Shown here: piece by piece, positions 1 to 10,681 of the stretch
Position numbering within the stretch: the first letter of the stretch is position 1
Layout of the letters: each line of letters opens with the position of its first letter
NCBI GenBank assembly: GCA_029856125.1
Contig: JAHQWJ010000138.1
Location: 20,521-84,520 of the forward strand
DNA: 64,000 nt
From: Promethearchaeia archaeon
GTDB taxonomy: Archaea; Asgardarchaeota; Lokiarchaeia; Sigyniarchaeales; SOKP01
Direction: 5' to 3'
The notes under the pieces: model-generated
What the model was told of the DNA's origin: nothing
What the model saw: only the letters and a program-made list of their open reading frames with translations
The model's database searches: none
Translations under genes and position numbers: made by a program

Positions 1-1
1 A

Positions 2-1087
2 GTGTATTCTATCTTGCGCATCGAAAATTTAAATGAGTTTGAAAATTTCGTTAATGATTTGCTTGATTTTAGTGAATCTATTCACGAAGAGAAATTAGCT
101 AATGGGGACATTTCAAGAGATTTTTTAGGTTCTTTAGCAGATTTCTGGATAAAATGGATAAGGTGTTATCTACTGGAAAATTATTTCTTTTGTTATAATA
201 TCAAGAAGATTAAAGGGAAATCTACCATCTCTATAGAAATAGTTGCATTAGATCCTCGAGAAATTGCTATTCCTATTTTGAAAGAATGCTATACCAGCTT
301 ACATCTTTCAGGAACCGTAAATCCGTACGTATATAATAATTTGATGGGTTTACAACAGAGTGGAAAAAGTTACAAGGGCATAATAGCGGATTCTCCATTT
401 CAAAGACAACATATTAAGGCTATTATAACTGAAGGTGTTGATACTCGTAGAAAAAATCGAAATCCTCCAATGTTTAAAAAGATGCTCTCTAAAATTGAAG
501 AAGTTATATGTAGCACCCCAGCAAATGTAGGCATATTTTGTGCATCGTATAAAATTCTAAATGCTTTAGCTAATAACGGTATTGAATCCATTGCTATGAA
601 TTACGACAAGAAATTATTTATAGAGGAACCTGGTCTTTCTGCCTCTGAAAACGCTTATTTAATAAATGATTTTAAATCAACAGCTTCTAAGCCCCGAAAT
701 GGAGCAATTTTGTTAGGCGTGTGTGGCGGACGAAATTCAGAAGGAGAAGATTATCCTGGTGACCATATGAACTCTGTAATCATCGCTGGCTTCCCTTATC
801 ACTTACCTACACCTCGTGTTGACGCTAAGATTAAATATTACGATAAGGTTTTTAACGATCAAGGATGGAATTTTGCATATCTTTATCCCGCTATTCAACG
901 GGCAAATCAAGCTGCTGGGCGCCCGATAAGGAAGTTAAAAGATAAAGGGGCTATAATTTTTATGGATTTTCGCTTTAAACAAAAATCCAAATGGATTGCT
1001 GAGTGGATAAGAAAGGAGTTAGAAATTATTCCAGATAAACCTAAAATTCTCTTCCAAAATCTAAAAGTCTTCTGGAAATCTAATTAG
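2..1087 (+). CDS. XPD/Rad3/DinG-family helicase, C-terminal part (5' truncated by window edge)
   Basis: Helicase motifs HLSGT (III), GIFCASY (IV), GRNSEGEDY (V), QAAGRPIR (VI), FMDFRF. Confidence 0.9.
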   Translation: MYSILRIENLNEFENFVNDLLDFSESIHEEKLANGDISRDFLGSLADFWIKWIRCYLLENYFFCYNIKKIKGKSTISIEIVALDPREIAIPILKECYTSLHLSGTVNPYVYNNLMGLQQSGKSYKGIIADSPFQRQHIKAIITEGVDTRRKNRNPPMFKKMLSKIEEVICSTPANVGIFCASYKILNALANNGIESIAMNYDKKLFIEEPGLSASENAYLINDFKSTASKPRNGAILLGVCGGRNSEGEDYPGDHMNSVIIAGFPYHLPTPRVDAKIKYYDKVFNDQGWNFAYLYPAIQRANQAAGRPIRKLKDKGAIIFMDFRFKQKSKWIAEWIRKELEIIPDKPKILFQNLKVFWKSN

Positions 1088-1192
1088 TTTTTTCTCACCA
1101 TTAAAAGATTGAGGGGTAAAGAATTGGAGAGAGAAGTTTATTATTGATTATCTTTACATATACTCCTTTTCTGTTCAAATAACAGTTAAAGC

Positions 1193-2986
1193 TTAGGAAT
1201 TTAAATTTTCGTATAAAAGAGCTAATTTTTTGGAAACCAAACTCCATGTAAAGTGTTCTTTCACCCTTTTATAACAATTTTCTTTTAGAGTATAAAAAAA
1301 TTGAGGATTTAGAAGAACGTGTGATTTTATAACCTCGTCAGGAATTTGATTAACGATCTCAAGCGTATCTGTGTCAAATATTGTGTGATTTTCAGAAATA
1401 TTAACCAAATGAGCGACTTCTTGAGATTTAAACAATGATATTAGAGCTTTTGCGAATTGATCAGGATTATCTTTATCAATTAAAATTCCCGTACCCGTTT
1501 TTGGATTCATTACAGCATCAACCATAGTTTCTTGCAAACCTCCTACCTTTGTGGCGATAATCGGAATTTTGCATGCCATCGCTTCTAGCGCCATAATACC
1601 AAAAGGTTCCCATCTCGATAGAGCACAATAAACATCCGCAGATAAATGTGCTAATAAAAAAATGTCTGAAGCTACACCAAAAATGATTCTGATGTTCTGA
1701 GGATATTGTTTTACGAATTGTGAATAAGCTTTAATTTCATTTATACTATAATCCGTAGGTAGTATCAAAAAAAGAAATTTAGCGTTAGGTAGTACTTTCA
1801 AAACTTCTGGAACAGCTTCAAAAATAGTATCAAATCCCTTTTGGGGTGAAATTCGGCCTGTTGTTAAAACTAATGGGCCCGAATCCAAAAAAGCTTTAAT
1901 GTTACCGTTTTTGACGAGTGGGTTTCCATTCGAAATTTCATTTATAGTGTTTAACACGTTTTGGGAACTAATTAGTGGACTTTGGCTGAGATTTCCGATT
2001 TTATATTCCAACAGAAATCTCTTCATATTCTGTTGATTAATTTCAGTATTGTCGGTAATTTGCAGAAAACTACGAATCTCTTTCCCATGAATCTCAATAA
2101 CCTGATTAAAAATTTCATAATAATCCCAATCGCAACCATCCCAAATAAAATCCGCTTTAAATTCTATTAATCCCTTTCCACATTTTGGAATGATATCCGA
2201 ATTTAAATACGACTCGCTTACAGTAGTCACCATATCCGAAATAATCGCTCCGATTTTTTCAACAATAGGCATTCGAAATTCTGTTCCTTTATTTTCGTCG
2301 AATTGAGATATTTGTAGAATCTGGTTCAAGTTTAACATTTTAAATCCGCTGCTAAGCAGTACCCTGATTGAAGTGTCATCTATCGCACAAATTTTGTAAA
2401 AATTATATTCAAACCTAGGCCTTGTCATTAAGTGTATAGTTAGTATTGATGCAACTTTCAACCCATTTCTTGCTAACACTTGTTTCATTCCGAAAAAGGG
2501 CAATACTACGTGATAATCGTGTAAATGTACTATGTTTGGTATTCTTTCTTCTTTATTTTCAATGAAATAGCGTACCAAACAACGAATTCCTAGACTAAAT
2601 AGCGCAATTTTCCCCATTATGGTATTTGGATTATATACCGTGTTGTCATCTAAAAATTTTGAGGTAAATGAATTTTCGCCGGATAATAAAATTATTTCAA
2701 CGTTTTCTTTTTTAAATTTATAAAACGAGATGTTATAACTCGCTACTCTTTCTTCCATTCCAAACAACGTAGGGTTTATAGTTCCAACACAGGTGAAGGG
2801 TAGTTTTTCTAAAGCGTATTTATTCTTTAAATCCTCAACCTTTCCATGTGAGGGCATAAATACGGTAATATTGAACTGTTTAGATAAATGTTTAGCCTGA
2901 TTTGCTGGTACTTCTGCAAGTCCTCCAACTTTTGCTACACCGGCATACTCAAATGAGAAAATCCACACGCTTTTCTTATTTTCCAT
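1193..2986 (-). CDS. glgA: Glycogen/starch synthase (GT5)
   Basis: KVGGL nucleotide-sugar motif near N-terminus, HLHDYH, GRISPQKG, SRWEPFGIMALEAM. Confidence 0.85.
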   Translation of the reverse strand: MENKKSVWIFSFEYAGVAKVGGLAEVPANQAKHLSKQFNITVFMPSHGKVEDLKNKYALEKLPFTCVGTINPTLFGMEERVASYNISFYKFKKENVEIILLSGENSFTSKFLDDNTVYNPNTIMGKIALFSLGIRCLVRYFIENKEERIPNIVHLHDYHVVLPFFGMKQVLARNGLKVASILTIHLMTRPRFEYNFYKICAIDDTSIRVLLSSGFKMLNLNQILQISQFDENKGTEFRMPIVEKIGAIISDMVTTVSESYLNSDIIPKCGKGLIEFKADFIWDGCDWDYYEIFNQVIEIHGKEIRSFLQITDNTEINQQNMKRFLLEYKIGNLSQSPLISSQNVLNTINEISNGNPLVKNGNIKAFLDSGPLVLTTGRISPQKGFDTIFEAVPEVLKVLPNAKFLFLILPTDYSINEIKAYSQFVKQYPQNIRIIFGVASDIFLLAHLSADVYCALSRWEPFGIMALEAMACKIPIIATKVGGLQETMVDAVMNPKTGTGILIDKDNPDQFAKALISLFKSQEVAHLVNISENHTIFDTDTLEIVNQIPDEVIKSHVLLNPQFFYTLKENCYKRVKEHFTWSLVSKKLALLYENLNS

Positions 2987-3181
2987 CAATTTAACTCATT
3001 TTTTTTGAAACATGAATTACAGAAAAAAGCCTATGTAATCAATAATTGTATTCATCTAATTATTTGACTTAAAATGTTATTTTTATAAAAGGTTAATCAA
3101 AAGTGATTATTGTTTGAAACAATAACATGAATAAAAAGATCAATGTAAAAATCAGATTGAATAGATATCCTTTACTTATTT

Positions 3182-4576
3182 CTAAGATTTATCGTTAATT
3201 TCTTTTAGTAATTTCTTCGCATTATTTTCGATATAAGCTCCACACAGAGGACTAAAGCACATAAATGGTTCATACCCGCCTTCCTTAATATACATTTCTA
3301 GTGGGAATAAATAACCTATCCAATCTTGAGTATTCTGGAAAATTAGCGTGTTTTCCTTTTTAGTTGGGGCATGAGAAATTAGAGTTTTTCCAATATCTTC
3401 AAATAATTCGCCGGGAATTGTTATTATTCCAAAAGTATTACCATTACCAGCTGTAAATTTAATAAAATGAATTACTGTTTTTCCATAATTCTTTAAATTT
3501 TTGCGTTCAACCGTAAAAAATGGAAAGTTAACAGACTTGTAATCAAACTTGGCTATTTTAAACAAGAAATATTTTTTTAATACCCACTTTGCTTTATTTG
3601 AAAACCATACTTTTGAATAATATTTCGCATCTTTCTGGGGAATTAAAAATCTCTTCGTATTTATATCAACTTCTGTCAACGTAGAGTAATCCTTTTTAGG
3701 AATAGACTTAGCAACTTTTAAAGCTTCTTCTCCAATCGAATAACCTATTTTTTTAGTATGTTTGTAGGTTCCAAGCTGATCATAGGATATTGTCTTGTCT
3801 TTTTCTATTTTTTCTAGGTTAGTCCCTGAGGTTGTTATTGGATTTAAATCTCCTGACGGACCGTTAAAATAAATAGCTTTAATGCTTCCGCTGGTTAAAT
3901 CATCAATTATAGAAATTACCCTCCCTGGAAAATCAGCAGATAACTTATCATTTTTATATGAAAGCGTGGTCGGATGACAAGAATAATTAATTATAATCCC
4001 TATTATCTTATTGTCTTCTAATTTTTTAAAAGCAATAACCCCTAAATCAGGTAAGACTTTCCGAGTTGGCCATCTTCGATTAAGTACAATATCAGGGTTA
4101 AAACTTTCTTTTTTCCAAGCTATTGTACATGGCTCTAGATCCTCAAATAATTTACTAACCATTCTCACAATTCTATTTGTTATCCGTACGATAAATCTAT
4201 CATTTTTGTTATCGGCAAACATCACCCCTTTTATGAATCCTAATGCTCCACCGGGATAATAAAACTCACCCGTAAGATCAAATGAGGAATGGGTGTGAGT
4301 GGCATGCAGAAATATTTCATCTGGATTTAACGACTTAAATTTTAAAATCAATCTCTTTTTAATATACTCAACAATCGAAAGGGGTAATTTTAATATATCA
4401 ACCGAAATCATTAATAAATAATTATTATTATTACCATTATTTATGTTTAGTAAAACACCATAAGCATGAATATCGTCCAACTTTCCTAAGCAAGGGTCTT
4501 TACGAGAATAACCTGCCATGGGTTTTCCTATAAAATCCTTTGGTGTAATTTTTGTACTATTAAACGCAACTTTCAT
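3182..4576 (-). CDS. Neutral/alkaline ceramidase-like hydrolase
   Basis: KITP...PMAGY, ATHTHS, NYSCHPT, LSADFPG, GPSGDLNP, IPGELF, GGYE motifs. Confidence 0.75.
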   Translation of the reverse strand: MKVAFNSTKITPKDFIGKPMAGYSRKDPCLGKLDDIHAYGVLLNINNGNNNNYLLMISVDILKLPLSIVEYIKKRLILKFKSLNPDEIFLHATHTHSSFDLTGEFYYPGGALGFIKGVMFADNKNDRFIVRITNRIVRMVSKLFEDLEPCTIAWKKESFNPDIVLNRRWPTRKVLPDLGVIAFKKLEDNKIIGIIINYSCHPTTLSYKNDKLSADFPGRVISIIDDLTSGSIKAIYFNGPSGDLNPITTSGTNLEKIEKDKTISYDQLGTYKHTKKIGYSIGEEALKVAKSIPKKDYSTLTEVDINTKRFLIPQKDAKYYSKVWFSNKAKWVLKKYFLFKIAKFDYKSVNFPFFTVERKNLKNYGKTVIHFIKFTAGNGNTFGIITIPGELFEDIGKTLISHAPTKKENTLIFQNTQDWIGYLFPLEMYIKEGGYEPFMCFSPLCGAYIENNAKKLLKEINDKS

Positions 4577-4711
4577 TGGATTATATTAAATGGGTTTTGC
4601 TCAAAAAGTTTTCTTTTTTAAAATCTACGATAAAAAGAACTGCATTTACGAAAATTTTTATCTTTTCAAATATTTTTTTCTAGTAATTCAAATATAACAA
4701 ATGGTTTTTTT

Positions 4712-5005
4712 ATGGCTTTGAATAAATTAGATTTACTAGGACTTGAAGGGGTCATTTCCAATTACAAACAAGGTCGTCACACAATTCACCTAAAGCACTG
4801 TATAATCGTATTTCCAAATATTATTAACAGAAAAGAGGCTAATAAATTAATTGGAAGGACCGTTGTATGGGAAAGTTCTACGGGAAAGCAATTGAAAGGA
4901 ATAATTACACGAGCACATGGTAATAATGGTGCTATTAGAGCTCATTTCAAAAAAGCCGGCGTTCCTGGGCAGGCGTTAGGCACAAAAATTAAAATAATTA
5001 AATAG
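4712..5005 (+). CDS. rpl35ae: 50S ribosomal protein L35Ae
   Basis: GIITRAHGNNGAIRAHF and PGQALG signature. Confidence 0.92.
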   Translation: MALNKLDLLGLEGVISNYKQGRHTIHLKHCIIVFPNIINRKEANKLIGRTVVWESSTGKQLKGIITRAHGNNGAIRAHFKKAGVPGQALGTKIKIIK

Positions 5006-5169
5006 TTCTTATTCAATCGATTCTTATTTTTCTTCTTAGTTATATCTGAATATTACATGATACGGGAATAATATAGCTTTTTTTATGTTTTAGAATTTCT
5101 TATTCTTCTGATAAAGCGATCAAAAATTGGTTGTTTTTAAATTTAAATAATTCGGGTTTAAAACTTATT

Positions 5170-7260
5170 ATGTCGGAGCCACACTTCCAAATTTGCCGTT
5201 TCTGTCAAAGAAATGTTAAATTAGCGTATTATTGTGAAAGTTGTGGGACCAGCTGTTGTTCGGACTGTCTTCACGAAGAAAAAATTAAAACATTTGTTTG
5301 TCAAGATTGTGACTCAACAGATATAACTATTTCTGAATCAGGAGATAAGAAGATATGTAAAGATTGCGGTGCTGAGAACATAGAAAGTTCCAATCAGCTC
5401 CTAAAATCATGTCCAAAATGCCATTCGAACCAAATTATTAATATCTATGAAAAAAAAGAAGATTTAGAAAAACATTTTTTGGAGCTAATTAAAAACTCAA
5501 GAGGTTTCATAACTCCCTTAAGAGATTTATTAGGGTCTTTGTATCGATTAAAACAAAAAGTTATAGATGCAAGAGCTCCCCCTGTTAGGTGTTTTCACTA
5601 CCCTACTATGGAATTAGATCTATTAGCTCTCTTCAAGTTATTTATATATGCGAAAGAAAATCTTATAGAAAAAATTCGTAATTTTCTTCAACATCTATCG
5701 CTTAATAAAGAATATTTTTTTGATATTTACACGCAACAAAATTCGAATATAAAGATTATTGAAGATATTTTAGAGAATTTAACGAGAAGCTATAATTCAA
5801 TAAATTCTTTTATAGCCAATAATGTAAAAACAATTAGTACGAGCGTCGAGACTCTTTCAAAAAATCTCAATTTTATTGATAAGATAACATTTTATTTCAT
5901 AAATTATCTAAAGTTTCTGAATCTAGCCGACGAAGAAAAACCCGTATATGCAATATATGCAAAACTATCTAACGGCCTTAATACTCAAGATAAATTCAAA
6001 AAAGATAAAGGAATTCTTTTTATAACTAATTTTGACCTTTCTTTTGTTCGTGAATATGGGAAGCGAAAGAAGAAGCAAGAGGGTATCTTTAAAGCTCCCG
6101 TAAAGGATTTAACCAAAGTTCAAATCAGAGGAAAAATTTTCAAGAAACTTTATATTGAGTTTCCTTACGGTAGATATGAATTTTCTCTTCCTCCCAACTC
6201 TGCTTCTAGAGTATTAGATTATATTTTACTCGCAAGAAGTTTTGACGAGACAATCGTTTACGATAAAGAGGCTGCTCAAAAACTTTTTAATATTGAGGTT
6301 GATTTGAGTGATCTAACGAACTTTATTGAGGAAGCCATCAATTCTTTCTTCAGTTTGAAATGTAAATATAATAATGTTAATCCAAATAATGGATTGGCTA
6401 ATCACAGTCAGGTATCGCAGGCATTTAATCAAAACCCGAATTATTTGTCTAATATCACAGCAAGTCAGCCTTTGTATAATCCTTATCAAAATAGAAATCC
6501 CAATGATCCAAACTTTTCCTATTATTCTAATCCGAATTATCAAAATTTACCCGGAAATCCATTATTCCATCCTGGAAACATAAAAAACCCTGGAAATTCA
6601 AATTACAATTACAATAACGTACCGATTAATCCTCCACCGATTTATAATCAGGACGAATTTTTCTTACAAAACTTAATCGATAACAATAGGATTCAAAATT
6701 ACAAACCCACAAGTTTTAACAATGGTTTCGGAAATCGCATTACAAACGCGGAGGAAAAAAATTTATTGATGAGAAAATTAGAACAATTACAAAAATATGG
6801 CAGAATTTTTCCTAACACACCACCCAATAACTCATATAACTTTGATGTTTTGAAAAACAATCCGGCATACTATGAGCCAATAGAAAGGGGTAGACGAATG
6901 CCGCAATATGACGATTATTCAAAAAATCACCTATCTGAATTATTCAATCGTGATTCTATTTCAAATTATCCAGATGAAAGGTCAAAACATTACTCAAAAA
7001 AGCATAGTAAAACAAGACGTAAAAAAATGTTTGACCTACAAAAAGAGAAATACAGCCTTGAAGAAACGCTAAAAGCTTTAGACTCTAAATTTGAATCCGG
7101 AAATATCTCCGAAATAGATTTCTTTAAAAACTTTAAGAATTTACAAAAGGAAATTTATATAATCGAGAAAAACCTTGAAGTTTTAGATGATGACATGGAA
7201 AATGACGAGTTTTTAAGGAATACACCAAAAGAAATTGACAGAAAAAGATATTACTCTTAA
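5170..7260 (+). CDS. Multidomain protein: multi-CxxC Zn fingers, coiled coil, PH/GRAM-like domain, Asn/Pro/Gln/Tyr-rich linker, C-terminal steadiness-box (Vps23/TSG101 core)-like segment
   Basis: Several CxxC pairs in the first ~100 aa; KGILFITNFDLSF...KAPVKDLTKVQIRGKIFKKLYIEF PH-like pattern; SLEETLKALDSKFESGNISEIDFFKNFKNLQKEIYII. ATG 5170 preferred over TTG 5131. Confidence 0.6.
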   Translation: MSEPHFQICRFCQRNVKLAYYCESCGTSCCSDCLHEEKIKTFVCQDCDSTDITISESGDKKICKDCGAENIESSNQLLKSCPKCHSNQIINIYEKKEDLEKHFLELIKNSRGFITPLRDLLGSLYRLKQKVIDARAPPVRCFHYPTMELDLLALFKLFIYAKENLIEKIRNFLQHLSLNKEYFFDIYTQQNSNIKIIEDILENLTRSYNSINSFIANNVKTISTSVETLSKNLNFIDKITFYFINYLKFLNLADEEKPVYAIYAKLSNGLNTQDKFKKDKGILFITNFDLSFVREYGKRKKKQEGIFKAPVKDLTKVQIRGKIFKKLYIEFPYGRYEFSLPPNSASRVLDYILLARSFDETIVYDKEAAQKLFNIEVDLSDLTNFIEEAINSFFSLKCKYNNVNPNNGLANHSQVSQAFNQNPNYLSNITASQPLYNPYQNRNPNDPNFSYYSNPNYQNLPGNPLFHPGNIKNPGNSNYNYNNVPINPPPIYNQDEFFLQNLIDNNRIQNYKPTSFNNGFGNRITNAEEKNLLMRKLEQLQKYGRIFPNTPPNNSYNFDVLKNNPAYYEPIERGRRMPQYDDYSKNHLSELFNRDSISNYPDERSKHYSKKHSKTRRKKMFDLQKEKYSLEETLKALDSKFESGNISEIDFFKNFKNLQKEIYIIEKNLEVLDDDMENDEFLRNTPKEIDRKRYYS

Positions 7261-7296
7261 GTTCTACTTATACAATTCAATATGGCTATATTGAAT

Positions 7297-7950
7297 CTAG
7301 CTCCCTTCCAACTCTTTTCGCAATTTATCTATCTCATCTTCAAGTTTTGCCTTTGTTTTTACTCCCGGTTCTTCTTCTATTTCTTCAAAATCTGAAATAT
7401 AGGCAAGTTCATCGTCAGGGACCTCTGGCATTTGACCACCTTGTTCTAAAAGCATTTCAGTTTCAAGTTGGTTTAACTCGTCAGTTATATCAATTGCTAA
7501 ATCAATTTCAGGATCACCAGCAAGAATTTCCGCAGACTCTTCTATTTCCGACACATATAGTTCAGAGTCCTCTGCGATTTCAGCAATCTTTTCGGGGGCA
7601 ACTGTAGTAGCTATAGTCTGTAGTTCGTCCCTAATCCCGCCCATTAAGTCTCCCGTCATGGAAATCATCCTGCCCTCAGAAATTGCTTCGATTTGGCGTT
7701 CTATCTTAGATCGAATATTGTTTTGACGATCCACCTTCATTTGATACTGTTTATGGTGAATAAGGTAATTCTTAGCCCTGGTTCTCTCTCCTCTCTTTAT
7801 CGCAATTTTAGCGTTCTTTCTGGCGATTTCTGCTCTTTTGTTGTAGGTTTTATTTGATAATGCAATTTTTCTGATATGTGCTTTAGCTTGAATAACAAGC
7901 TCAGTCTTTTCTTTACCTTTTCTAGGAAAAAGTTTTTTTTTAATTGCCAT
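7297..7950 (-). CDS. ESCRT-III Snf7-family protein (Vps20/32/60-like)
   Basis: Basic helical N-half (AKIAIKRGERTRAKNYL), acidic C-half, MPEVP MIM2-like motif, terminal amphipathic helix. Confidence 0.85.
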   Translation of the reverse strand: MAIKKKLFPRKGKEKTELVIQAKAHIRKIALSNKTYNKRAEIARKNAKIAIKRGERTRAKNYLIHHKQYQMKVDRQNNIRSKIERQIEAISEGRMISMTGDLMGGIRDELQTIATTVAPEKIAEIAEDSELYVSEIEESAEILAGDPEIDLAIDITDELNQLETEMLLEQGGQMPEVPDDELAYISDFEEIEEEPGVKTKAKLEDEIDKLRKELEGS

Positions 7951-8084
7951 TTTTTTTAGTGCTAGAATCTCTTTTATATTTAATATAAATTTTTTACCTT
8001 AAATATTTAATAGAATTTAACTTAGTTTAATAATTCCTATCAATGAAACTTTAATCTTAAAGGTTTAATAGTCCAAAGATTGAG

Positions 8085-9197
8085 ATGTTACAAGTGAAAA
8101 AAATAATTTTAAATTTCGCTGAAAAATCGGAAATTTTTAACGAGTTAGTGCAAGAAGCATTTAACATGAATTTCCTTGATTTTTTAGTTTCGAGAGATAC
8201 TTATTCAGATTTCAAGAATGTTGAACGTATAACTACTTATAGCAGAGATTTGAGTATTAAAACGCAGAATTTAATATTAAATAATGTAGGTGAGCAGCCA
8301 TTGGGAGTTGATAAAGGAGTAAAAATTGGGCTCATTTACGAGTTGAAATCAAAACAGGATGAAGAATTTATTGTAGAAGAATCAAAAAAAGGTATTTTTG
8401 CCTTCATTATAGTTAAAGCGCAGGACTGGAAGGTCATCCCATTTGAAAATCTTATCGCAAAAATGCATAAAAATGAGACAGAATTAATTGCTTCAGTCGA
8501 AAGCATAAAGGAGGCAGAATTGATGTTAAAAACCCTTGAAGTCGGCACCGATGGAATATTAATTACTCCCAAAGAAGTAAATGATATCATAGAACTAAAA
8601 AAATTAATAGTAACCGAATTTAAGGTTGGATTAACAAGCGCAGAAGTTATTGCCTTACAAAATGTCCCCGAAAGCGAAAGAGTGTGCGTCGATACTACAT
8701 CCTTATTGAAACCTGGAGAGGGAATGCTTGTTGGAAGCACTGCAAAAGGATTTGTGTTAGTACATGCTGAAGTCTTTGAAACTCAATTTGTTTCCTCAAG
8801 ACCTTTCAGAGTAAATGCCGGCGACGTTTCCGCGTATATTCTAGTTCCGAGCGATGACTCTGAGGAAGGATATCGGACGAAATACTTAAGTGAATTGAAA
8901 GGGGGCGATCAAGTTCTAGTGGTAAATACTAGTGGTGAAGCCAAAAGGGTAACAGTGGGTCGAGTTAAAATTGAAACGCGTCCTATGTTAAGATTAGAAT
9001 TAGAAATTGATAAACGAGGAAAGAAGATCAGATTTAATTACATTGGTCAAAATGCAGAAACGATTCGATTAGTTAACTCAATTGGAGCACCTGTATCCAT
9101 AGTAGATATTAAGGTTGGAGACAAAGTTTTGACTCATATTGGTCCCGAAGCAACTCACTTTGGTATAAAAATTAAAGAAAAAATAATTGAAAAATAA
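8085..9197 (+). CDS. 3-dehydroquinate synthase II (archaeal AroB')
   Basis: DWKVIPFENLIA, RVCVDT, GEGMLVGS, RPFRVNAG, YLSELKGG, GRVKIETRP, QNAETIRLV. Confidence 0.92.
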   Translation: MLQVKKIILNFAEKSEIFNELVQEAFNMNFLDFLVSRDTYSDFKNVERITTYSRDLSIKTQNLILNNVGEQPLGVDKGVKIGLIYELKSKQDEEFIVEESKKGIFAFIIVKAQDWKVIPFENLIAKMHKNETELIASVESIKEAELMLKTLEVGTDGILITPKEVNDIIELKKLIVTEFKVGLTSAEVIALQNVPESERVCVDTTSLLKPGEGMLVGSTAKGFVLVHAEVFETQFVSSRPFRVNAGDVSAYILVPSDDSEEGYRTKYLSELKGGDQVLVVNTSGEAKRVTVGRVKIETRPMLRLELEIDKRGKKIRFNYIGQNAETIRLVNSIGAPVSIVDIKVGDKVLTHIGPEATHFGIKIKEKIIEK

Positions 9198-9268
9198 AAT
9201 GCTCTCTTTATTTAATTCCATTTTATAAATTGTAAAAATAATATAAATATTAAATGTTGGATGTAAAA

Positions 9269-10510
9269 ATGATATATTGGGCTCCATTGTTACATATGTA
9301 TCAACCCGCTTTTCAGGATATTAGAGTATTGCGGCAAATTGATAAAGAATGCTATAAACCTTTGTTAAAAATGTTTGAGGAGCATGATAATGTTAAGATC
9401 AGTCTTAATATCAATGCAGTTCTCCTAGAAATGTTACATGAATTTGATCTAAGTGATACAATAGAAATTTTACATAATTTAGAATCGAATAGTAAAATTG
9501 AAATTACGGGTACCGCAAAATTCCATCCGATCCTTCCACTTATTCCACAAAATGAAGCTGAACATCAGATAAAAATCAACGAACAAGTAATTAAAAAAGA
9601 ATTTGAACAGTGGGAAAGATTGGGATTTTTCCCTCCTGAAATGTCAATCAGTTCTCAAGTTGCAAAGTATATCCGAGAAATAGGGTATAAATGGGTAATT
9701 GTAAGCGGTATAGCCTGTCCTGTAGATTGGCCTACTGATCAAATTTATTGCTCCCCCAATGGATTACAGTTATTTTTTAGAGACGATATTTTGAGTAATA
9801 AAGTATCTTTCAACACTATTAATGCTAAAGAATTTGTTGAAAGTTTAAAAGAATTATCGAATTTTCAAGAGAACGGTAGCGATGAAAAATATGTTATTAC
9901 AGCCCAAGATGGGGAGACTTTCGGGTGGCACCACAAAAAGTTTGAACGAAAATTTCTTAGTAAAACTCTTGAACTTATTAACGATCAGAGTGAAATAAAA
10001 TTAGAGTTTATTTCCGAATTAGATAAGCATTTTCCAATTCATAAAGAAAGAATAGTTCCAAGAGATTCAAGTTGGAGCACTTCTAACAATGATATGGAGG
10101 CAGAAATCCCGTATCCTTTGTGGGATCATCCCGATAATAGAGTTCATACATTATATTGGAAAATTGTGAAAAGTTTAAACAACCTAATGAACTTATTAGA
10201 TAATTTAGATCTGAATCAAAATTGGGACGCAGAGAGACACTATAATACTTCCCGGTGGTTTTATGATAGAGGAATATGTTCCGATACAACTTGGTGGGGG
10301 AATCCTAACCGAGGGACTTGGAGTCCAAATTTAATTTACAAAGGAATAGAATTACTTATGAAATCTGCCCTAAACGCCCAACTTGCGTTAGTACATGCTA
10401 ATCAATCCGATATAGCAGAGGGTTACTTCGATTCTATTTCTTTTTACCATAATCTATTGCTCATGGAACTTTATTCAAAAACTAAAGAACTTAAGAGAAG
10501 AAAGAAATAA
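9269..10510 (+). CDS. Glycoside hydrolase family 57
   Basis: LHMYQP, FHPILPLI, FFPPEM (nucleophile), QDGETFGWH (acid/base), SSWS. Confidence 0.88.
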   Translation: MIYWAPLLHMYQPAFQDIRVLRQIDKECYKPLLKMFEEHDNVKISLNINAVLLEMLHEFDLSDTIEILHNLESNSKIEITGTAKFHPILPLIPQNEAEHQIKINEQVIKKEFEQWERLGFFPPEMSISSQVAKYIREIGYKWVIVSGIACPVDWPTDQIYCSPNGLQLFFRDDILSNKVSFNTINAKEFVESLKELSNFQENGSDEKYVITAQDGETFGWHHKKFERKFLSKTLELINDQSEIKLEFISELDKHFPIHKERIVPRDSSWSTSNNDMEAEIPYPLWDHPDNRVHTLYWKIVKSLNNLMNLLDNLDLNQNWDAERHYNTSRWFYDRGICSDTTWWGNPNRGTWSPNLIYKGIELLMKSALNAQLALVHANQSDIAEGYFDSISFYHNLLLMELYSKTKELKRRKK

Positions 10511-10681
10511 AAAGATTCAATCGTAATCGATAAAAGTAATGGTAAAGCGCGCTTAAAGTTTCCCTATTGTCAATATATTGTTTTAGTTGTACAAAATAAC
10601 AATAAAATATATAATTTTAAATTTAATATATTAAACTAAGTACGCTTTAGCACAATTAAATTTCTTATTTTATTGAGAGTA

